Positions 13,009 to 25,600 of a DNA stretch of 64,000 nucleotides are shown piece after piece. Under the pieces are notes generated by a model. The model searched no databases. It was given only the letters and a program-made list of their open reading frames with translations, and had not been told where the DNA came from. The stretch spans positions 7,874,001-7,938,000 of the forward strand of contig CM059452.1 in NCBI GenBank assembly GCA_030390025.1, written 5' to 3'. This DNA is from Squalus acanthias. Lineage: Eukaryota. The translations under genes and the position numbers were made by a program. Every line of letters starts with the position of its first letter. The first letter of the stretch is position 1.

Positions 13009-13696
13009 GCGATCTGTGAGATCAGCTCAAAGAAACTGCTTTAAACTCGGCCACCAGGTGGCGCTGACAGAGCGCCGATTCCCACCGCCGGGCACCTTGC
13101 GTCAATAATTCTGACTGACACTTCCTCAATATAAATTAACATGAAATTCCTTTTGATCTCATTATTTATGTTTATTAATGTTATACATTCCTTTACAGTT
13201 TTATGATTTCAGAAGTTAGTGAAGTTGAAACAAGATGTGCGCCTCCAGAACCTCGGGATCGGTTGCAATTTTGCTCTATTTCCCACCGCTAGTTTCAGCC
13301 CCTGGTTTTAACCCAATTCACAACAAAATTTTGTAAATTTTTGAATAATATGATAATTCTGCAATTCCTGTCGCGAGTCTGCTTGTCCCGAATTTGTAAT
13401 GAATGTGAAAGTAACGCCGCCCTTATAGAGAGACAGAGGTATATCATTTCCAAAGGGGACATTATTATTGAATTCAGTTCCTCACAGGTGGATCTTACGG
13501 GTGATCACACCGCCCACAGCTTCCGTTTCCTGCCCTCGCTCTGACCCACCTTGCCTGCCCTGTGTTATTGGAGAGATTGCTGCCGCTGTTCCCTGTTTGA
13601 CATTGGTTGGATCAGCAGTGCAGTGGGGCGGGGATCTGTATTTCTGCTCCGACAGAGGATTTCCCGGACTGCAGAGTTACAGACTCAGGGAACATC

Positions 13697-14219
13697 ATGC
13701 GGAACCGTCTCGCACCGCTCCTCATCATTATATCTCTTCTCGGTCAGGAATTCCTTCCCAGTAAACATTTATTCTCCTCTGACTGCTGTATCCCAGATGT
13801 TATTATTGGTCAAATGATGATGATTATGTTGGTTGAGGGGATGATGATTCTGACTATTATAATTATTTTATATTAGAATGGAGCCACCAAGACACAGTGG
13901 AACAGCCGGTCCCTGAAATGATGGTTGAAGAGGAAAGTAATGTCACCCTAACCAGCACCTTAAAAGCAAGCGACAGAAGCCCTTATGTGTTCTGGTACAG
14001 TCAGCACCTTGGGCAGCCTCCACTGTATACGATTCGTCTTATCGGAGGGATAGAAACCAGAACCCCGACTTCACGGATCGATTTAATTCTACGTTTAATG
14101 AAACTACTAAGATTACCGAGCTAACGATCGGCAAAGCCCTGATCTCCGACACCGCCGTGTATTTCTGTGCGATGAGCCCCACACTGCTGCAGAGATATAG
14201 CGGATCCCGGTCAAAAACC
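13697..14219 (+). pseudogene. TCR alpha/delta V pseudogene (paralog of 54250-54788)
   Basis: Leader MRNRLAPLLIIISLL 13697-13742; V exon 13877-14179 with first Cys changed to Ser and a frameshift near 14050. RSS cacactg-24-tcaaaaacc. Confidence 0.88.
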
Positions 14220-15379
14220 AAACTGAGTGTTTCAGTTAGTGCTCACCAGAGGGCGCTCTCACCCCGATAAACAGAAGCGATAATTCAGCCTCCACAGTGA
14301 GAGTCACATAGATTCTAAAAAGGGCAAATACACATTACTCATCATCAACAGGTGAACTCCACTGGCGGAATTATATTAGTTGGTGATTTCAACTCCCATT
14401 TATAATTTAAAAAATAACTTCACAAACCCATCTGTGGCGCCTTACCTCCCCTTTTGTCTTTCGATGCCCTTTCCGTGCCTGCCTGTCCCTTCTCATATCC
14501 TGTCTCTACTCTTCACCTATAATCCTGTGAACTTCCTTCTTCCAGTCTTTAGTTTAAAGATGTAAAACCTTTGCTGCTTCTCTGTACATTTATTCAGAAC
14601 CGCTCCAACCCAGCTTCCCATAACCAGGAACTGCAGACAGGGCAGTGAATAAACACAGGATTTCTCACACTGTCCACCGACATCTGAACAGTTCTCAGAA
14701 TATCCACCAGAGGGCGGAAGGTCACAATATTCCTTTTGTGGATCAGACACTGGGCATTGAGTTAAATGCTGTTTCTCTAATAGCTGTGCAAATTTTGGAA
14801 TGAATTGAAGATTAATATTTGAAATCCACTTGCCACAATGGGCTGGGTGGGTACATCGGGCAATACTCATCACAAAAAGACATCCATCATATCAAACGAC
14901 TGCATTTTGATACTCACCAGTGGGCAGGACCATTGAGTGGAAGAGTGTGGAAGATGGAGAAAGGAATATTAAAATGTGAATGAAAAACACAGCCTGAGAT
15001 CTGATTTCTGAAGCCATTAACTGTACTGATGGTGAAGTTCGATGTTAAAGGGGCAAAAGACAAACCGAAACCGCCTGTTTTGTGTGTTTTTCTGCGCCAC
15101 GTCCTTTTCTAACATGAATGAAAGTTGTAAGGAGTGTTTCACGCCCTGCTGGTGTTGAGCTCTTGTTATCGAGGACCCGCCCTACACCTCACCCTCGGGG
15201 CTTTGAACCCGCTCCCGTGCTCTGCTCCCGGGAACTTAAAGCAGATGAGCGGTAAATTACTGAAAAGCGCCGATGCGCTACTCTCTTGATTCTCTCTCAT
15301 TGAAAATCCAAAATCTGAAGATTATGGATCCCTAAATTAATCATTACAGGCCCTAAGCAGGTCACACTCACCAGATATA

Positions 15380-15810
15380 AAGAAAGTAAGCCTTGCACTT
15401 ATATTGCGCCTTTCACGACCTCGGGACGTCCCACAGCGCTTTACAGCCAATGAAGTACTTTTGAAGTGCAGTCCCTGTTGTAATGTCGGATGCGCGGCAA
15501 CCAGTTGCGTGCAGCAAGCTCCCACAAACAGCAATGTAATAATGACCAGATAAGCTGTTTTAGTGATGTTGATTGAAGGGTAAATATTGGCCTAGACACC
15601 GGGGATAACTCCCCTGCTCTTCTTTGAAATAGTGCCATGGGATCTTTTACGTCCACTTGAGAGAGCAGACTGGGCCTCGGTTTAACGTCTCATCCAACAG
15701 CCAGCACCTCCGACAGTGCAGCGCTCCCTCAGTACTGCACTGGAGTGTCAGCCTAGACTTGATCCCACAACCTTCTGACTCATTGGCACGAGTGCCAGCA
15801 CTGAGCCACA
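15380..15810 (-). mobile_element. Deu-domain/SacSINE1-like SINE
   Basis: tRNA-like head near 15800 and conserved body (cactccagtgcagtactgagggagc ... cattggctgtaaagcgct ... tataagtgcaag). Further fragments near 16920-17090, 20262-20420, 21530-21700 and 48160-48290. Confidence 0.65.
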
Positions 15811-17461
15811 CAAGACACAAGATAACAAGATAAGACATTTTCACACTCATTACCATTCTAAAAGCAGGATTTTTTATCAATTGGTATTTGCATCAACTGA
15901 TGCTTTCAGCGTAACTGCGGCATTGTAGTGTTTCAGCACAGCTCCCACAGTATCATCGTTTTGATGTTAATTATGGTTCTCTACAAGGAGTTAATGGAAT
16001 ATACTGTGAGACTAACACAAAGATCAATAACTTCAATATTAGCAGCAAATCCAATTCTCAAAGTAACCATTGCTCTGAGTGGGCCATCTTCGGTGCCCCA
16101 TATGTCATTGCAAGTCCCATGACACAGTTCAGTGTTCTGAGCAAAAGGTGGCTAAAAGGTGTTATCGTTTCGGGTCAGCTCCCTGCTGAACTGTGAATCG
16201 GTCGGCCGGCAAAGGGTATTTGAAATGTGAGATAGGCAGTTGTATTACGCAGAGCAGAACCAATGACCTATTTGTTAATAAACCTGGTGGATATTAGGAC
16301 CCTGCGGCAGCCCATCCGGGGTGCTGAGGTCACGGTTCCAGGCTCTGTCCAACACGGCCATCTTTGTGTGACGTACAGTCGGCCATGATTATGTGACGTA
16401 CTGTCGGCCATGATTCTGTGACATACTGGCCGTCTGTGGCCCTTTACTCGCCATTTGTCCTTTGATGCCCTTTCGGTGCCTGCGTGCAATATTGTGTAGC
16501 CCTTTACACATCTCCCCTGAAAGTTTTCCGGACCCTTTGATCGCGGCCTGTACACTAGGTTTAGTTGATCAGGGCATGTTGCTGGGTCAGAAGACTGTTC
16601 TTACACAATGAACAGATGTCACAAGGTAGTGATTGTGTTCTTTAAAACAAGCCACAAGCACAGAGTTCCCCAATGTCGATTCGCCTTCCGAGTGTCGCTT
16701 CATTCTCTGTCACTGCACCTGGAAACGCTGAATATTAGACACCTTGAAAGCAATCATTACTTAATTGAAACATAACTTTACAAGCAAACCACAGAAGGGG
16801 ACGGTGCATGAAGCATTTATTTAAATTACAGACAGAGTTTATTATTTATGTATATTGTGTGTATCTGCCTGTATATTGAAAATGGCCCTGGACTGTCTCA
16901 TATTGTAACCTGACACTCAGTTGCTGGACTGAGGGAGTGCTGCAGGGTCTGAGGCGCCGTCCTTCGATCAGAGGTTTAACCGAGGTCTCCAGTCCGTTCA
17001 TGGAGATGTTAAAGAATTCCCGGCACTATTGGAATAGGAGCGGGGGATTCTCCCGGTGTCCTGGGCCCACATTCCACCCTCAATAAACACCACCCAATAA
17101 AACCACATGAACCGACCTCCCAGCTTATTAATGTGGGGCAAAGGCGGGCGGCAGTCTCTGCCGACAGAACAACTCCCCCCTGTACAATGTGGGAGGGGCT
17201 TTCACATCGGGCTCACAGACCCAATGAAGCGCCAGAAAACTGCAGGTTATTTTTTAAACCTGTCGCTTATTCACACAACTCACAGCCAGAGATCCGGGAA
17301 CCGTGCGGCCCATCAGTGATCTCCGGGGCACCGCCCTGTGCTAATCAACTCGACCCCCTAAAGTATTTCAGTCCAGCTCTGAGGTACAGTCTCCCAGACA
17401 GTCCAGGGCTGCAGTCTCCAGCTCCCCGTCATATAAACCATCAGCTCCAGGCAGCAGAACG

Positions 17462-17980
17462 ATGGGAATCCTCCTTGTTTTCACCCTGTGTGTCTGTTTA
17501 CCCCGTGAGTACCGATCAAACAAACCGACATTGTGTGGATTTAATATAAAGCTGCCCTCGTCCATCCGAATTGCAGAGACTGTCTGGGTTTTAGCCCCGT
17601 TGTGTGGTTCGGCTCTGATGGCCCATTAAACTCTCGCTGTTTAATTTCCAGGCTCTTTCAGTCAGTCAGTGACACAGACCCCGCCAGCGGTGACCAGGGA
17701 GGAGTGTCAGTCTCTCAGCATCATCTGCGTTTTCCATGGTGGTTATTGGGATTATAATTTTCATAATGGACATTTCTTCAGACAAACCCAGACCGGGACA
17801 GAGCGGGAGCGGATCTCGAGCGGCGAGCGATTTGTTGTGAGGACGAATAACGCAGAAAAGACATTTTCGTTGGAAATTCGGGATGTGCGAGTTGAAGACA
17901 GTGCCACCTATTACTGTAAAGCTGAGTACTGGTCCTACATCACACAGTGATGGGCCTCGGCTTCCCGCGATACAAAAACA
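17462..17980 (+). CDS. NAR-TCR V segment 1 (IgNAR-like V, germline configuration; leader 17462-17504, V exon 17652-17942, RSS 17943-17980)
   Basis: MGILLVFTLCVCLP/gtgagt; SVTQTPPAVTREECQSLSIIC..FFRQTQTGTERERISSGERFVVRTNNAEKTFSLEIRDVRVEDSATYYCKA. CDR2-deleted NAR-type framework with an extra FR1 Cys. RSS cacagtg-22-acaaaaaca. Confidence 0.93.
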
Positions 17981-18293
17981 CTCACTGCAGATTGTGACAG
18001 AAACAAGTGAAGAAGCGGAGTTAAACCCACAGTTCCGCCTCGCGCCGTCGGCCCCACAGTCTAGTTTATAATCAGGTTGGATTATTGCAGTTAACACCTT
18101 GAGTTTTGTAAATGCTGAGTGTGTGCGGGCGGTGACGTCTTTCCCGGGATTGGTGTCAATAAATGGCGATTGGGAATGACTGATCCCAGTTACAAGTCCC
18201 GAACACCAGATGGGATCCTGTTCTAACAGCTGGAACCGGGAGCCGCGGTCCCCGCCGTGTAACTAATGTCCCCCCATCTCACCGAGTACCGGG

Positions 18294-18362
18294 GGATTTG
18301 ATGCTGACTTGAAACACTGTGTTTACTGGAACCTCACAGTGGATGAGACCTGAGCAAATACC
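18294..18362 (+). other. NAR-TCR D segment (coding 18322-18334, tttactggaacct) with 12/12 RSS
   Basis: ggatttgat-12-cactgtg, D, cacagtg-12-gcaaatacc; lies between V1 and J1. Confidence 0.85.
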
Positions 18363-18678
18363 TGTGTACAATTAAAATATAAATTCCCCGGGCCCGGAAC
18401 CTGAATTGTAGGTTTGATCTTATTATCGCTGTAATCTGGTTTAATTTAATTGTCATTTCCTACTTTCAGTTATCTTTCTTTGATATTTTGCTCCGTTGAT
18501 ATGAAGCGCCCATCTCCGCCCGTGTTCCTGGGCCATTTTACTGAGAGCTCAGAGTCTCACAAACAACAGTTTGAACCGACGGGGACTGTGGAACACGGAA
18601 TATTGTTTATTGATCCCTGGAATAATTGGGCAGCGCCGACTGTCTGGTGATGTGTGTCCGGCAGATTGAGGTGTCGGT

Positions 18679-18765
18679 GGTTCTTGTACCGGGGTGACTG
18701 AGAGCGGTGTCACTGTGGTTATGATACTGTGGATGGATCCGGGACGGTGGTGACTGTCACAGCCG
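18679..18765 (+). CDS. NAR-TCR J segment (coding 18718-18765)
   Basis: ggttcttgt-23-cactgtg, then YDTVDGSGTVVTVTA and a phase-1 gtaagt donor. Confidence 0.93.
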
Positions 18766-19283
18766 GTAAGTGACTCCAAACCCCGCCGTGTTACAGACTG
18801 TCCCGGTTAATGTTCACCGTCAGTTTATTATTGTGATCAGTATCACCTCAATCCCCTTCAAAATCAAACAGAGCGGTTTTCTAATGGGGGGGGGGGGGGG
18901 GGAGGGTTCATTGCAGTTCTAGATTGGGGAGCAGAATATGAACCGGGATCGGGTCCGCGTCCGGGTGTTAGTCCGGAGAGAGGAGATATGAGACCTCCAC
19001 GGAGCAGGCAGTCTGGGGCGGTTTGACCCCATATGGACCATCATTGGTTTAACAGGGACCTCGGGGGTCCCATGAATATACAGGACTATCACTCTGATCC
19101 CCAGTTCGTTTAAATGAGCGCAGATTGCCGAGGCTCCGGCCTCCGCTCTCGGTGTTAACTGTGACTGAGGGAGCGCTGCTCATCCCTGTGAGCAGGGCAG
19201 GAGGTCACAGAGCTCCGTCCTGGGCAGGAGATTGCAGTCCGCGCCAGGTAGTGTGAATGAGGTACCCGGAGAGTGAACCCAAT

Positions 19284-19492
19284 ACAGCGGCCCATCCGAA
19301 ACCCACTGCGGCCCGTCCGATACCCGCAGCGGCCCGTCCGATACCCGCAGCGGCCCGTCCGATACCCGCAGCGGCCCGTCCGATACCCGCAGCGGCCCAT
19401 CCGAAACCCACTGCGGCCCGTCCGATACCCGCAGCGGCCCGTCCGATACCTGCAGCGGCCCGTCCGATACCTGCAGCGGCCCGTCCGATACG
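19284..19492 (+). repeat. 21-bp minisatellite (cagcggcccgtccgatacccg), about 10 copies; about 3 copies in unit 2 at 23103-23162
   Basis: Direct tandem repeats visible in the sequence. Confidence 0.9.
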
Positions 19493-19804
19493 TTATTGCC
19501 GGAACAGTTAATGCCGGCTGTGGGAATGTACTTCCGAGAAGAGTAAAGAAACTAAGAAGCAAAACGTTCTATAGCATCATGTTTAGCAGTGAAGTGGCTA
19601 ATTCTGTAATACTGATCAAACATATCAAGACGGATAATTCTTGATATTTATCGGTGCCATTTTCCCACAACAGATTATTTAGTGTGAGAACTCCTTCGCT
19701 GCATAGTTCACATCATATGAATCATGTTTGTATATTAATATTGTTCTTGGACAAGTATGAACACTATCTTTATAATCTCTGGCAAGAAAAGGTGATTTCA
19801 AGCA

Positions 19805-20261
19805 AAGGTGGGATGAGAGGGCTGTCCTATGATGAGAGATTATGTAGAATGGGCCTATACTCTCTGGAGTTTAGAAGAATGAGAGGTGATCTCATTGAAA
19901 CATACAAGATTCTGAAGGGGATTGACAGGGTAGATGCTGAGAGGATGTTTCCCCTGGCTGGAGTGTTTAGAACTAGGGGGCATAGTCTCTGGATAAGGGG
20001 TCGGCCAATTAAGATTGAGATGAGGAGGAATTTCTTCACTCGGAGGGTTGTGAATCTTTGGAATTCGCTGCCCCAGAGGGCTGTGCATGCTAAGTCTTTG
20101 AGTATATTCAAGGCTGAGATAGATAGATTTTTGGATTCTAGGGGAATCAAGGGATATGGAGATCGGGCGGGAAAGTGGAGTTGAGGTCGATGATCAGCCA
20201 TGATCTTATTCAATGGCGGGGCCGTATGGCCTACTCCTGCTCTTATTTGTTATGTTCTTAT
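19805..20261 (+). mobile_element. CR1 LINE 3' fragment (duplicated at about 23478-23927)
   Basis: LYSLEFRRMRGDLIETYKIL..RVVNLWNSLP. Confidence 0.9.
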
Positions 20262-22075
20262 GTCCACTTGAGAGAGCAGACTGGGCCTCGGTTTAACGCC
20301 TCATCCAAAAACCAGCAACTCCGACAGTGCAGCACTCCCTCAGTACTACACTGGAGTGTCAGCCTAGACTTGATCCCACAACCTTCTGACTCACTGGCGC
20401 GAGTGCCAGCACTGAGCCACACAAAACACAAGATAACAAGATAAGACATTTTTCACACTAATTCCATTCTAAAAGTAGGATTTTTTGCAATTGATATTTG
20501 CATCAACTGATGTTAACAGCGTAACTACGGCATTGTAGTGTTTCATCATAACTCCCACAATATCATGGTTTTGATGTTAATTATGGTTCTCTACAAGGTG
20601 TTAATGGAATATACTGTGAGACTAAACGCAAAGATCAGTAACTTCAGTATTAGCAGCAAATCCAGTTCTCAAAGTAATCATTGCTCTGCGTGGGCCATCT
20701 TCAGCGCCCCATACATTATTGCAAGTCCCATGACACAGTTCAGTGTTCTGAGCAAAAGGTGGCTTAAAAGGTGTTAACTTTTCGGATCAGTTCCATGCTG
20801 AACTGTGAATCGGTGGGCCGGCAAAAGGTATTTAAAATGTGAGATGGGCTGTTGTATTGCGCAGAGCTGAAACAATGGCCAATTTTTGAACCAGGTGGAC
20901 ATTAGGAACCTGCGGCCGCCCATCCGGCGGTGCTGAGGTCACGGTTCCAGGCTTTGTCCAACACGGCCATCTTTGTGTGACGGACATGTCAACCATGTTT
21001 CTGTGACGCACTGTCGGCCTTGATTGTGTGACGTACAGTCCGTCTGTGGCCATTATCTCGCCTTTTGTCCTTTTATGCCCTTTCGGTGCCTGCCTGAAAT
21101 ATTGTGCAGCCCTTTGCACATCTCCCCTGTCAGTGTCCCGGACCCTTTAATCGCGGCCTGTACAGAGGGTTTATTTGATCAGAGTATGTTGCTGGGTCAG
21201 AGACTGTTTTTACACAATGAACAGATATCACAAGGTAGTGATTGTGCTCTTTAAAACATGCCCCAAGCACAGAGTTCTCGCAATGTCGATTCGCCTTCCG
21301 AGTGTCGCTTCATCCTCTGTCACTGCCCCTGTAAACTCTGAATATTAGAGACCTTGAAATCAATCATTAATTAATTGAAACATAATTTTACAAGCAAACC
21401 AAAGAAGGGGACGGTGCAGGAAGCATTTGTTTAAATTACAGGGGATAGTTTATTCTTTGTGTATATTGTGTGTATCTGCCTGTATATTGAAAATGTCCTG
21501 GACTTCTCAAATTTTAACCTGACACTCAGTTGCTGGACTGAGGGAGTGCTGCAGGGTCTGAGGCGCCGTCCTTCGATCAGAGGTTTAACCGAGGTCCCGC
21601 CAGCCCGTTCAGGGAGATGTTAAAGTATCTCCGGCACTATTGGAATAGAAGTGGGGGATTCTCCCGGTGTCCTGGGCCCACATTCCACCCTCAATAAACA
21701 CCACACAATAAAAATACATGAACCGACCTCCCAGCTCAGTGCTGTGGGACAAAAGACACCGGCAGCCTCTGCTGACAGAACAACTGCCCCCTGTACATCA
21801 GACTAATGTGGAAGGAGCTTTCACACCGGGCTCAGAGACCCAATGAAGGGCCAGAAAACTGCAGGTTTATAACTGTCGTTTATTCACACAACACACAGCC
21901 AGAGATCCGGGAACCGAATGGCCCATCACTGACCTCTGGGACACCGCCCTGTGCTAATTAACTCGGTCCCATAAAGTATTTCAGTCCAGCTCTGAGGTAC
22001 AGTCTCCCAGAGCAGTCCTGGGCGGCAGTCTCCAGCTCCCCGTCATATAAACCGTGAGCTCCAGGCAACAGAACG

Positions 22076-22607
22076 ATGGGAATCCTCCTTGATTTCACCC
22101 TGTGTGTCTGTTTACCCCGTGAGTACCGATCAAACAAACCGACATTGTGTGGATTTAATATAAAGCTGCCCGGGTCCATCCGAATTGCGGACACTCTCTG
22201 GGTTTTAGCTCCGTTGTGTGGTTCGGCTCTGATGGCCCATTAAACTCTCTCTGTTTAATTTCCAGGCTCTTTCAGTCAGTCAGTGACACAGACCCCGCCA
22301 GCGGTGACCAGGGAGGAGTGTCAGTCTCTCACCATCACCTGCCTTTTCGATTGTGATTTTTGCGCTCGTTCTTTAACGCGTGGGGATTTCTTCAGACAAA
22401 CCCGGACCGGGACAGAGCGGGAGCCGATCTCGAGCGGAGGGCGATTTGTTGTGTCGACTAATAAGGCAGACAAGACATTTTCGTTGGAAATTCGGGATGT
22501 GCGAGTGGAAGACAGCGCCACCTATTACTGTAAAGCTGAGTACTCGTACCGGAAGGATCACCATGATACTGTGGATGGATCCGGGACGGTGGTGACTGTC
22601 ACAGCCG
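22076..22607 (+). CDS. Pre-joined NAR-TCR VDJ exon (leader 22076-22118, VDJ exon 22266-22607)
   Basis: Continuous frame ..SATYYCKAEYSYRKDHHDTVDGSGTVVTVTA/gtaagt with no RSS. Leader intron retained. Leader reads MGILLDFTLCVCLP. Confidence 0.95.
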
Positions 22608-25600
22608 GTAAGTGACTCCAAACCCCGCCGTGTTACAGACTGTCCCGGTTAATGTTCACCGTCAGTTTATTATTGTGATCAGTATTACTAGAATCCCCTC
22701 AAAATCAAACAAACCGGTTATCTAAGGGGTTTCATTGCAGCTTTAGATTGGGGAGCAGAATATAAACCGGGGCCGGTTACGTGTGTTAGTCCGCAGAGAG
22801 GAGGTGTGAGACCCCCACGTAGCAGGCAGACTTGGGGTTTACCCCATCTGGACCATCATTGGTTTAACGGGGCCCTCGGGGATCCCATGAACATCCCGGA
22901 ATCTCACTCTGATCCCCAGTTGGTTTAAATGAGCGCCGATTGTCAACACTCCGGCCTCCGCTCTCGGTGTTAACTGTGACTGAGGGAGCTCTGCCTGTCC
23001 CTGTGGGCAGCGCAGGGGGTCACAGAGCTCCGTCCTGGGCAGGAGATTCCAGTCCGAGCCGGGCAGTGTGAATGAGGTACCGGGAGAGTGAACCCAAAAA
23101 TACAGCGTCCGGTCCGATACCCGCAGCGGCCCGTCCGATAACCGCAGCGGCCCGTCCGATGCGTTATTGCCGGAACAGTTGATGCTGGCTGTGGGAATGT
23201 ACTTCAGAGAAGAGTAAAGAATATAAGAAGCAAAACGTTCTATAGCATCATGTTTAGCAGTGAAGTGGCTAATTCTGTAATACTGATCAAACATATTGTG
23301 ACGGATAATTGTTGATATTTATAGGTGCCATTTTCACACAACAGATTATTTAGTGTGAGAATTGTTTCGCTGCATAGTTCACATCATATGAATCATGTTT
23401 GTATATTAATATTTTTCTTGGACAAGTAGGAACACTATCTTTATAATCTCTGCAAGAAAAGTTGAATTCAAGAAAAGGTGGGATGACAGGGCTGTCCTAT
23501 GATGAGGGATTGTGCAGAATGGGCCGATACTCCTGGAGTTTAGAAGAATGAGAGGTGATCTCATTGAAACATACAAGATTCTGAAGGGGATTGACAGGGT
23601 AGATGCTGAGAGGTTGTTTCCTGGCTGGAGTGTCTAGAACTAGGGGGCATAGTCTCAGGATAAGGGGTCGGCCATTTAAGACTGAGATGAGGAGAATTTT
23701 TTTCACTCAGAGAGTTGTGAATCTTTGGAATTCTCTGCCCCAGAGGGCTGTGGATGCTGAGTCTTTGAGTATATTCAAGCCTGAGATAGATTTTTGGACT
23801 CTAGGGGAACCAAGGGATATGGAGATCGGGCGGAAAAGTGGAGTTGAGGTCGTTGATCAGCCTTGATCTTATTGAATGGTTGAGCAGGCTCGAAGGGCCG
23901 TATGGCCTACTCCTGCTGTTATTTCTTAAATCATTACCATACATTTGAAAGTAAAAATAAAAGATCACGATCTAAATTAAGACGAGGAAGGGACTTTCAT
24001 CCTATTTAATTTGTCTATCCAAAAAAAAGACAAACTCGGTGCTGGAATCAGGGGTTTGGAGGTTGGGCGGGTGGTGGAGGTGGGGGTGGGGTGAAGTAAG
24101 CAGCGATCCATTCGGCCTTCCCTCAGAATCGCTCTCAGTCAGCGCGCAGGCGTCCAGCACAGACACAGCACTTAAAGCAGCACAGCTCGACTTGTTTTTC
24201 CATCTCTGTCCCTCCTCCATCTCCCACCCCCAAATAATCTTTCCAACACTAGAATGATTCTTTATCTCAATGTCCTAATAACCCCTGCATTGCCCACAAT
24301 TATTGTGTTTATTTCAAAATTAATGTCAACAAGCCAATCAGGTCCGATACCTGCAGCGGCAGAAATACTGGAGCACAACATGGCGGGGCTTCAGATACAC
24401 GTGATCCGCCTGTCGGTCTAGATGGCAGTTCATTATTGTACACTCAATGACTGAAATTAGTTGTATTATATCTGACATTTATTCCAATTGCTTTTATATA
24501 AACAATCATTTTCCCTCCACGTTTCCCGTTTAAGTCGAAAAGTAAAAGCTTCGAACTACAGACGCTGTTAATTTTTTTTCTATTTTCTAATCAATCCAAT
24601 AGTGAATTCAGGAGGAACTTCTTTACCCAGAGAGTGGTCAGAATGTGGAACTCGCTGCCACAAGGAGCAGTTGAGCCGAATAACATCGATACATTGAAGG
24701 GGAATCTAGATAAGTAGGTGAGGGAGAAAGGAATAGAAGGATCTGTTGATGGGGTGAGATGGAGTAGGGGTGGGAGGAGGCTCGTGTGGAGCAGTAACAC
24801 CGGCATGGACCGATTGGTCCCAATGGCCTGTTTCTGTGCTCTACATTCTGTGTAATTCTCTGTAATATTTAATGTTCATGTTTGAGAGATCGGATTGCAG
24901 TAATTTATCTGTATCCATGGTTACTGTTAACTGAAACAACACTGGGCAGTGAGCGAGTGAGGGCGAGGTTCTAATGTTCCTATAAAGGAGAGCAGGAACA
25001 CCCGAGGGAACAAGTACAGACTGGAGGGAAGCCCATTTAGAACCAGCAAGAAATCATTCACCGAAAGGGAGAGAAATATCGGACTTCACCGGCCGGGCGG
25101 GGGTGTGGAGACACCGGTCTCTGGGCCGTTCAAAGCACAATCCGACACCGGGGCAGTGAGATTTACTGGAGGGACGGGCTGCGATTGGACTCGGCCCTTT
25201 TCTCAGCTTTGGATTTCTTACACTCCTGAGAAAAGACATCAGCAGCAATCCACACATTTCTGGAAAGATTGAACAGGCGGGGACTCTTTTCTCTGGAAAA
25301 GAGAAGAAAACGAGGAGACCTGATGGAGGTGATTAAAATGATGAAGGGGTTCGATAGGGGGCACGTGGGGAAACTGTTTCCATTGTGGGTGAGTCCAGAA
25401 CAAGGGGCCACAAATATAAGATAGTCACTAACAGAACAAATAAAGACATTGGGAAGAATTTATTCACACAGAGAGGCGTCAGAATGTGGAACTCGCTGCC
25501 ACACGGAGCAGTTGGAGCAGATAGCGTTGATGCATTTAAGGGGAGGCTTGAAAAATACAGGGAGGGAGAAGGAATCGAGGGACTACAGGGGTCAGAGTGT

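Larger units (their letters stand above)
15651..23927 (+). repeat. Tandem segmental duplication of the NAR-TCR cassette (unit 1 15651-20261, unit 2 20262-23927)
   Basis: Both units start gtccacttgagagagcagactgggcctcgg and are colinear through promoter, leader, V, J intron and terminal CR1. Unit 2 lacks the V-to-J interval. Confidence 0.95.

Noticed and set aside
15886-15893. Octamer atttgcat (also near 20496)
   Set aside because: About 1.6 kb from the NAR leader, not in promoter position; the second copy is explained by the duplication.
18560-18610. Possible second D segment (gactgtg gaa cacggaa)
   Set aside because: Heptamers are poor and there are no correctly spaced nonamers.
18885-18902. 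Poly-G run in the J1 intron, absent from unit 2
   Set aside because: Simple homopolymer expansion or sequencing artefact.
19155-19644. Repetitive ORFs (YPQRPVR, IPAAARP)
   Set aside because: Products of the 21-bp minisatellite; copy number differs between the duplicated units.
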